Assembly (NCBI GenBank): GCA_951406725.2
Contig: OX597824.1
Span: 80,104,001-80,168,000, forward strand
DNA from: Octopus vulgaris
Taxonomy: Eukaryota
Direction of reading: 5' to 3'
DNA length: 64,000 nt
The position numbers were made by a program, and so were the translations under genes. Below are positions 55,863 through 64,000 of this stretch, piece by piece. Each line of letters starts with the position of its first letter. Position 1 is the first letter of the stretch. A model generated the notes under the pieces. That model was not told the origin of the DNA. It searched no databases and worked only from the letters and a program-made list of their open reading frames with translations.

Positions 55863-56196
55863 AACATTGAATTAGCGTAAAGGGACCCAAAGATCAGCTG
55901 GTGTTGGCGTAGGTGGTGGTGTTGTGGTTTTGGTGTTCGTGCCATTGTTATTTATTCTGTGGCCAGGCTTGATAAGGTCGACCTATCATTCAAAACATTT
56001 CAACTGTGACCATCCTGTCTTTTAAGCATAGGGTATCCTGAGCTATACTACGAAATTTGGCATTTTAAGATGATTGTGTTGCTTGAGGGAGATTTGACTC
56101 CCATTTGTGGCAGGCAACGGAGGGATCGGTTTGAGCTCCCATTCTCTTAGAGCATGTGCTGTGCCAGGATTAACGAAAATAACGAAGTTACCGTCT

Positions 56197-56551
56197 CAGT
56201 GCGGCTATGCTGGAGCACCGCCTTTTAGTCGAAGAAATCGACCCCTGGGCTTATTCTTTGTAAGCCTGGTGCTTATTCTATCGGCGTCTTCTGTCGAACC
56301 GCTAAGTTACAGCGACGTAGGCAAACCAACATCGGTTGTCAAGTGATGGTGAGGGAAACACACGCACATACACACACACACACACATATATATAAATCAG
56401 GTTTCTTTCAGTTACCGTCTAACAAATTCATTCACAAGGTTTTGGTCTGCTCGAGGTTATAGTAGAAGACACTCGAATAATTGTCACATATATTAAAGTT
56501 AAATTCCTCTATTTCTATAATATCGAGGTCTCATTCATTGTTTTGTTGTCA

Positions 56552-56613
<62 letters not shown>

Positions 56614-56652
56614 CGATGGTATGAGAGGTAATGGTGTCTAGAAGGCCCAAAG
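56197..56652. repeat. Segment duplicated at 58670-59203 (SINE D fragment plus unique flank)
   Basis: Shared private variants and shared flank gaataattgtcacatatattaaag...tctagaaggcccaaagg. Confidence 0.85.
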
Positions 56653-56717
56653 GTCTGATTGCTTGCAACAGTGTGTGTGACATCTGATAAAAGCACCGAT
56701 GGACCGTGTGATGTAAA

Positions 56718-56854
56718 AGATGACGATGATGTTGATCATGATGACTATGATGCTGGTGGTGGTGGTGGCGGTGGTGGTGATGATTATGATTATGAAGCTG
56801 ATGGTAGTTGGGGATAGCAGTGGTGGAGACAATGATGATGACGATAATGATGAC

Positions 56855-56901
<47 letters not shown>

Positions 56902-57229
56902 CGATGATGTTGACAATGGTGGTGGTGGTAGTTATGATAATGATGATGATGATGATGATGGTAATGATGGTGGTGATGTTGGTGGTGGTTATGATGATGA
57001 TGATGATGGCAATGATGGTGGTGGTGGTGGTGGTGGTAATGATGATGATAACGTTGATGATGATGATGACGATGACGATGATGATGATTATGAAACTGAT
57101 GGTAATTGTGGATAGAAGCGGTGGCGATGATGATGATGATGATGATGAGGAGGAGCAAGAGGATGACGATGATGACGATGTGGTGGTTGTTCATAATGGT
57201 AAGGATGATGGTGTTGATGATGATGATGC

Positions 57230-57272
<43 letters not shown>

Positions 57273-57345
57273 GATGATGACGATGACGACGGTGATGATA
57301 GAGCCGATGGTGACGATGGGGATGGTGACGGCAACCATTATAATG
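56718..57345. repeat. (GAT)n/(GGT)n compound microsatellite
   Basis: Low-complexity tract. Confidence 0.9.
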
Positions 57346-57580
57346 AGTGACAAATCCATTCATTATTTCCAATGTCCATCCGTACTTCCTGTCTCCATCA
57401 TCCTCCCACTTCACCCATCCTCGCCCCTCCTCCATCTACCAGCTACTTGTGAGTCTTCTTTCTGCCTTCTCGACAAGCTTACACCAGCGACACCAACTCC
57501 AATTTTCGGTGTTGGTGTCACTAGTATGTATAGTTGTTGCTAATGCTATTATTTTTGTTATAGTTCTTCTAATAATTCTT

Positions 57581-58199
57581 GTTACCTCGGACTTCGCTAA
57601 GGCGGAGGTATTGTTTTCAGTCGTATTTGTTTGTTTGCTTGTCCGTCGACAAGATATCTCAAGAACTGCTGGATGGATTCGGATGAAACTTTCAGAGATG
57701 TTTGGCCTCTTGACTGGCACGAACTGATTAAATTTTGGGATCGACCCGGTACCGCACAAGGTTTCTGGATTATTTTCCCTGTTTTTTTTTTTTTTTTTTT
57801 TTTTTTTTGCGGGGGGTTCATTTTTAGTATTCTCATTTGTGAGAACAGTCGAGTTTATTTCAGATATTCTCATTTTAAAAACCATCTCCGGTTAATCATT
57901 GAAAGGACGTTGGTGTTGCCTTGGCGGAGGTTAATACTCTCTGAGTGCGAGGCGGCGAGCTGGCAGAAACGTTAGCACGTCGGGCGAAATGCGTAGCCGT
58001 ATTTCGTCTGCCGTTACGTTCTGAGTTCAAATTCCGCCGAGGTCGACTTTGCCTTTCATCCTTTCGGGGTCGATTAAATAAGTACCAGTTACGCACTGGG
58101 GGCGATATAATCGACTTAATCCGTTTGTCTGTCCTTGTTTGTCCTCTCTGCGTTTAGCTCCTTGTGGGTAGTAAAGAAATAAATACTCTCTGAGCGCTT
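57581..58199 (+). mobile_element. Helentron/HINE (DINE-1-like) non-autonomous element interrupted at its 3' hairpin by SINE A
   Basis: 5' ttacctcggacttcgctaaggcggaggt inverted motif; 3' ccttggcggaggt subterminal repeat plus actc-tct-gagt hairpin. Confidence 0.7.
57949..58181 (+). mobile_element. SINE family A, full length and young-looking
   Basis: 16-bp TSD aatactctctgag(t/c)gc at 57933 and 58182. Confidence 0.9.
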
Positions 58200-58201
58200 T
58201 T

Positions 58202-58566
58202 GTTACCTTCGCCTTCGCTAAGACAGAGGTATTATTTTCAGTCGCCTTTGTTTGCTTGTCCGTGGACTAGATATCTCAAGAACCGTTGGATAGATTCGGA
58301 TGAAACTTTCAGGGATGTTTGGACTCGAAACTAGCACGAGCTGATTAGATTTTGGTATCGATCCAGTACCGGACAAGGATTCTGGATTGTTTTTCCTATT
58401 TTTTTAACTTAATTTTTGAGAGCGGTCAGGTCCATTTTTAGTATTCTCATTTGTGAGAGCATTCTAGTTTATTTCAGATATTCTCATTTAAAAAAACCAT
58501 CTCTGGCTTATCGTTGGGAAGACGTTGGTGTTGCCTTGGTGGAGGTTTGCGCTCTCTGAGTGCTCT
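58202..58566 (+). mobile_element. Helentron/HINE-like element, tandem second copy
   Basis: gttaccttcgccttcgctaagacagaggt ... ccttggtggaggtttgcgctctctgagtgc. Confidence 0.75.
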
Positions 58567-58647
58567 TGTTATTATTGTTGTTGTTATCATAGCTGTTATA
58601 ATTGTTGTTATAGTTTGTTGATATTGTTAGAGTTATTGCTCTTTTAT

Positions 58648-58829
58648 TACTTTATTTGTTTCAGTCAACTCAGTGCGGCTATGCTGGAGCACCACCTATT
58701 AGTCGAAGAAATCGACCCCTGGACTTATTCTTTGTAAGCCTGGTGCTTATTCTATCGGCGTCTTCTGTCGAACCGCTAAGTTACAGCGACGTAGGCAAAC
58801 CAACATCGGTTGTCAAGCGATGGTGAGGG

Positions 58830-58926
<97 letters not shown>

Positions 58927-59003
58927 CGCCAGGCTTCTTTCAGTTACCGTCTAACAAATTCATTCACAAGGTTTTGGTCGGCCCGAGGTTATAGTAGAAG
59001 ACA
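58648..59003 (-). mobile_element. SINE family D, 5'-truncated
   Basis: tttgtttcagtcaactcagtgcggctatgctggagcacc...agtagaagacact. Confidence 0.75.
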
Positions 59004-59109
59004 CTCAGAGTTTTATTATGGCAATCGAATAATTGTCACATATATTAAAGTTAAATTCCTCTATTTCTATAATATCGAGGTCTCATTCATTGTTTTGTTG
59101 TCATACTAT

Positions 59110-59176
<67 letters not shown>

Positions 59177-59487
59177 GGTAATGGCGTCTAGAAGGCCCAA
59201 AGGGGTCAGGTAATGCTGAGTAAGTGCTATGTACAAACTATAGTTAAGATCCACTTATAAAAAAAACCCCTCGATCGAATAACACCGTTTACAAGACTCT
59301 ATGCTTGGAATGACCAATTATGAACACCATTAAAACTCACACACAAGGTACAGGAAACTTAAATATACACCATTCTGCTTAATTAATGGAACTGCAGATA
59401 CAATATCCTTACGTACCTCACGTCTATTTTCATTCTGTATTTCATATCTTCTCTATAATAACTATCACTTAAACATTTTCTTGCACC

Positions 59488-59534
59488 GTCTTTGATGAAG
59501 GGATATATAAAATATCCCGAAACAGCTGTAAGAC
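59488..59534 (+). ncRNA. Minimal type I hammerhead motif (C3U)
   Basis: gtct-TTGATGA-a-gggatat-ataaa-atatccc-GAAA-cagct-GTA-agac; stem III palindrome ACAGCTGT. Confidence 0.7.
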
Positions 59535-59577
59535 TTTCTCTTTGTAAATGTTCTGAAAACTATTCACAGCCTTGGAT

Positions 59578-59646
<69 letters not shown>

Positions 59647-59855
59647 TGTGTGTGTGTGTGTGTGTTTGTTCGTTTGTGTGTCAATTGACAACCGATGCTG
59701 GTGTGTTCACGTCACCGTTACTTAGCGGTTGCGGTTCAGCAAATATAAACCAATAGAATAAGTACTAGGCTTTAGAAAAGAAAAAAAAGTCCTGCGGTCG
59801 ATTGGTTCGACAAAAGGCGGTGCTCCAGCATGGCCGCAGTCAATTGAGTGAAGCA
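59647..59855 (+). mobile_element. SINE family D, 3' half
   Basis: ttgacaaccgatgctggtgtgtt...aaaggcggtgctccagcatggccgcagtc. Confidence 0.7.
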
Positions 59856-59910
59856 AATAAAAGAACAAAACAAAAAAGAAACAATAACAACCTGAAGAAG
59901 AATAAAAAGA

Positions 59911-59961
<51 letters not shown>

Positions 59962-59992
59962 ACTCCTCCTCCTCCTCCTCTTCCTTTGACTA

Positions 59993-60059
<67 letters not shown>

Positions 60060-60499
60060 AATAAAAAAAGGCAAAACAACAAGAACGGGAACAACACCAA
60101 TAACTAGACACTAAACGAAATTAAAGGAAAATGCAAACGCATTTGGCATTTGGAAGGGATTAAGATTTAGGCAGGATTGTACGAAGAATAATGGTCTGCG
60201 TGGTGCGGCGGTGTTCTTTCTGTGGCTGTTTACTGACCCGGAAGAGAGCGAAATCTAGTTATAAGCACTGTTGTAGCGAGACGAAGGGGATTATGGGTAG
60301 GGAACGTAAAAGGTGTTGGTGTGTGTGTGTTTTTGTGTATGTGTTCTGTATGTGCGCGTGTGTGTGAGCGTGTGTGTGTGTGTGTGTGTGTGTGCGTGCG
60401 TGTGTGAGTTTGTGTCTGAGTGTGTGTGTCTGTGTGTGTGTGCGTGTATGTGTGTCTGTGTGTGGGGGTCTGTATGTGTTTGCGATTTTGTGTTTTTGC

Positions 60500-60530
<31 letters not shown>

Positions 60531-61120
60531 CGCCTGCGCGTGTGTGTGTGTGAGTGCGCGAAAATATGTGTGACTGTCATTTTGTATGTGCGTCTTTCTG
60601 TGTATGTGTACGTCTTTGTATGTGTGTGTGTGTCTGTGTGTGTGCGTATATGTGTGTGTGTATGCACTGGACATTGTGTGTGTATGTAGAATTCAGTGTG
60701 TGTGTCTGCGTGAGTGCGCGTTGTTGTACGTGTTTGTGTATATGTATGTGTGCCTGCGTGTGTCTGTGTTTGTTTTTTCTTGTGTGTATAAGTCTGCCTG
60801 TGAATCTTTCCTCGTGTGTATGGGTGTGTGAGTGAGTGTGTGTGTGTGTGTGTGTGTAAGTGAGTGTAAACCTCTTTGTATGTGCAATATTATTTGTGTG
60901 TGTGTGTGCGTGTGTGAGTATATATATATTCGTGTTTGCGACCGAAGTCTGTGTTTTTATATTCATAAATATTTAATGTGTGTATATAGATCAGTGTGTG
61001 TGCGTGCTTGTGTATGTGTGTGTGTCTATGAGTGTGTGCGTATGTGTATGTTAGTGTAGATTTGTCTGTATGTACACTGCGTTTGTCTCAGTGTGTGTAT
61101 ATGTGTGTATCAATGTACGC

Positions 61121-61162
<42 letters not shown>

Positions 61163-61589
61163 TTAATGAGTGGCTTTATTGTACATGGTTGTGAAGAGAT
61201 AATAGGGATTGTTATCAGGTGGGGTATAGGGTGTAGTGGTGGGGTGAAATGGGCCGCGGCGTGTCGGGCTGAGACGGGATACGGTACGAGGTGGGACAGG
61301 AGCGGAGCGTGACGTTACGCTGTGGCGCTGCGATATTATCAGCCGAGCTATGTATGTGATAGAATAAAGAGTTAAAGAGATTATACAACAACAACTTGTA
61401 TAAGAAGAAGAAGAAGAAGAATATTAATAATAATGATAATAATAAAATTATTAATAATATTACTAAATTTGATTTTTTTATACATAGTTTTGAAGACAGT
61501 ACGAAGAAAATAATAAAAATATAAAAATGCAATACATAGACCAACAACAGTACTATCATCCAGAGCAACAACGAAAAAAAAATAATGCT

Positions 61590-61788
61590 TTCTACTATAG
61601 ACACAGGCCCGATATTTTGAGGGGAGGGGTTAGTCTACTGCATCCCCTCTCCAGTGCTCAACTAGTTCTTGTTTCATTCTCTCTGAAATGGGAAAAAAGC
61701 AAAGTCGACCTCAAAGAACGTAAAGATGGACACACAACACCGCTATGCATTTCGTCCAGCGAGCTAACGACTCTGTCACCTCGCCGCC
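61590..61788 (-). mobile_element. SINE family A, diverged
   Basis: gcaaagtcgacctc...cgctatgcatttcgtccagcgagctaacgactctgtcacctcgccgcc. Confidence 0.6.
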
Positions 61789-61799
61789 TGTACTTTTTT

Positions 61800-62195
61800 T
61801 TTACTCTTTTACTTGTTTCAATCATGTGACTGCGGCCATGCTGGAGCACCGCCTTTAGTCGAGCAAACTGATCCCAGGACTTATTCTTTGGAAGCCTAGT
61901 ACTTATTCTATCGGTCTCTTTTGCCGAGCCGCTAAGTTACGGGGACGTAAACACACCAGCATCGGTTGTCAAGCGATGTTGGGGGTACAAACATAGACAC
62001 ACAAATACACACACACACACATAAATATATACACATATATACAGTTGGGCCTCTTTCAGTTTCTATCTAGCAAATCCACTCACAAGGCTTTTGTCCGCCC
62101 GAGGCTATAGTAGAAGACACTTGCCCAAGGTGCCATGCAATGGGACTGAACCCAGAAGCATGTGGTTGGTAAACAAGCTACTTACCACACAGCCA
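61800..62195 (-). mobile_element. SINE family D, full length
   Basis: Colinear with 48779-49174. Confidence 0.85.
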
Positions 62196-62543
62196 CTTAA
62201 TAATAATAATGATCATTTCATTTATTTGCCACAAGGGCGAAGAATGAGGGGAACAATACAAAGACAGATATAAAGTGAAGGGGTTTACATCTATTGAAAT
62301 GATGATAAAATCATTAAAGAGAAAAAGAAAGTATACTCGGTATACACTGGAAATGAAGAGATATATGCACGGCATACAAAGATTTACAAAAACAAACAAA
62401 AAGGGGCGGGGTGGATGATAGTGATATGGCGCTCCTGATACAGGATGGACTCTACGGATAATTAAGGAGCCCCACTATCCGAGATTTCCCTGTAACCCCC
62501 CAGAAATAAGTGCCCTCTCCAATTCCTTCTCTCCGACTCAGAG

Positions 62544-62672
62544 GTCGCGCACATATGTTTGTGTTTCATATGCCTGGTGTACCATTATGTGATGGGTAGT
62601 CATGATGGGCACACTGGGCTTCGTATATTTTACCCCAGTGTCACTTCGATGGCATGCACTGCTCTCTCACTC
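62544..62672 (+). mobile_element. Element E, 5'-truncated
   Basis: Matches the last ~130 bp of 25991-26544, followed by (AAT)n. Confidence 0.75.
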
Positions 62673-62714
62673 AATAATAAAAATAATAATAATAATGATA
62701 ATATAATAATAATA

Positions 62715-62756
<42 letters not shown>

Positions 62757-62796
62757 CAATAATAATAATAATAATAATAACAACAATAATAATAAC

Positions 62797-62862
<66 letters not shown>

Positions 62863-62863
<1 letters not shown>

Positions 62864-63321
62864 TGGGCTACAGCAAATATTCTGCTCAATACCACAGATT
62901 TACTTGTCAGTTGTTTGACCTTAACCAGTTGAGCATGTCCCTTGGTGGCTGACGATATCTGCATCTCTGATCACGAGCAGAAGTAGTGGGGGAGCATCAC
63001 AACCATGTGTGTTGAGAAGGATTCTTTGGGGTTTTAATAATTCACCTCTGGAAACATGGGTGTTTCATTCAACATCCTTAAACAACCCTTATTCAGGGAC
63101 CTTTTGAGCGGGATGCATTACTCGACCAGAAGAAAATTCTGACTGGGCCACACCTGCAAGGTCATGTGCTGTTTATCTTGATATAAGGTCACCATGTCGC
63201 GCACACATGGTTGTGATGCATGTGCCTAGTGTACCCTTATCACATGGGTATTAATGATGGGTATACTGGGCTTTATATATTTTACCCCAGTGTTACTTTG
63301 ATGGCATGACTGCTCTCTCAC
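62863..63321 (+). mobile_element. Element E, 5'-truncated, in (AAT)n
   Basis: Matches 26085-26544. Confidence 0.8.
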
Positions 63322-63356
<35 letters not shown>

Positions 63357-63682
63357 CATAATAATCATAATAATCATAATAATCATAATAATCATAATAA
63401 TCATGTATACTAATTCCTATAAACGTACTGGCAGTTCTCTATCAGTTGGTCAACGCAGTTTGTAGTCGGTCATCTCGTGTATGTTATAGTTGAGCAAGAC
63501 CAACATCGGCCTTGCAGACTCGTAAAAGAGTAGATAGTTTGTTCCGAAAAACTTTATGTCAGAGATTTTTGGAGAAATTTTCCAGAAAACTTTAGCCTGT
63601 ACTACCGGGAAGAATTCCTTGTTCAGGTTAAGCGCTTTTGATAGGTAATGCTGCCAGCCACACCTGTCCAAGACGTATGCAG

Positions 63683-63929
63683 GTAGAAAGGTAAAGTTAC
63701 CTTCTTGTGTCATACTGAATCATAAGGGCCGGTTTCACGGTTTCCATGGTGTATGTATTCCCCTCCTGGATGGGACGTCGGTCCGTGGCAGGGTTTCTCA
63801 TTTTTGCCAGCTGAGTGAACTGGAGGAACATGAAATGAAGTGTTTTGCTTAAGAACACAACGCGTCGGCCGGTCTAGGAATAGAAACTACAATCTTACCA
63901 CCCTAGCCACTAGGCCACGTGCCTCTACT
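63683..63929 (-). mobile_element. SINE family C with an alternative accttt-type 3' end
   Basis: 13-bp TSD aagacgtatgcag at 63670 and 63930; family C head and core. Confidence 0.8.
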
Positions 63930-64000
63930 AAGACGTATGCAGTGCAATGAAACCATTCTGAATAGAATTAATCAGGTTCGAACATTGCTAATTTGTGGAT

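Noticed and set aside
57486-57522. Hairpin gacaccaac/gttggtgtc as a pre-miRNA or terminator
   Set aside because: It is too short for a pre-miRNA and has no supporting context.
63450-63713. 87-aa ORF
   Set aside because: Its start codon lies within the SINE C tail inside the TSD, and there is no recognisable domain.

Overview
This is AT-rich eukaryotic DNA saturated with microsatellites and retroposons. The SINE families and repeat landscape look cephalopod (Octopus-like), which is recognition of repeat style and not a database result. There is no bacterial operon, CRISPR array or rRNA, and nearly all listed ORFs are translated microsatellites or SINEs. Recognisable coding sequence is limited to one uninterrupted, 5'-truncated Penelope-like RT/GIY-YIG ORF (16246-17448, -), three Dong/R4-type restriction-like endonuclease 3' ends in (AAT)n arrays, and two Penelope GIY-YIG remnants. 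A tentative minus-strand spliced host gene is inferred from phase-compatible exons. Other content: four tRNA-derived SINE families, Helitrons, Helentron/HINE-like elements, a 31-bp minisatellite, local duplications and palindromes. The most notable signal is a set of minimal type I hammerhead ribozyme motifs from several unrelated repeat families. These include a tRNA-headed SINE-like element carrying an internal (AAT)n plus a hammerhead, and a G3:C8 core-swapped hammerhead. Also notable are reciprocal head/tail swapping between SINE families and a ~92-bp target-site duplication. All structures were read by eye; none was computed or assayed.
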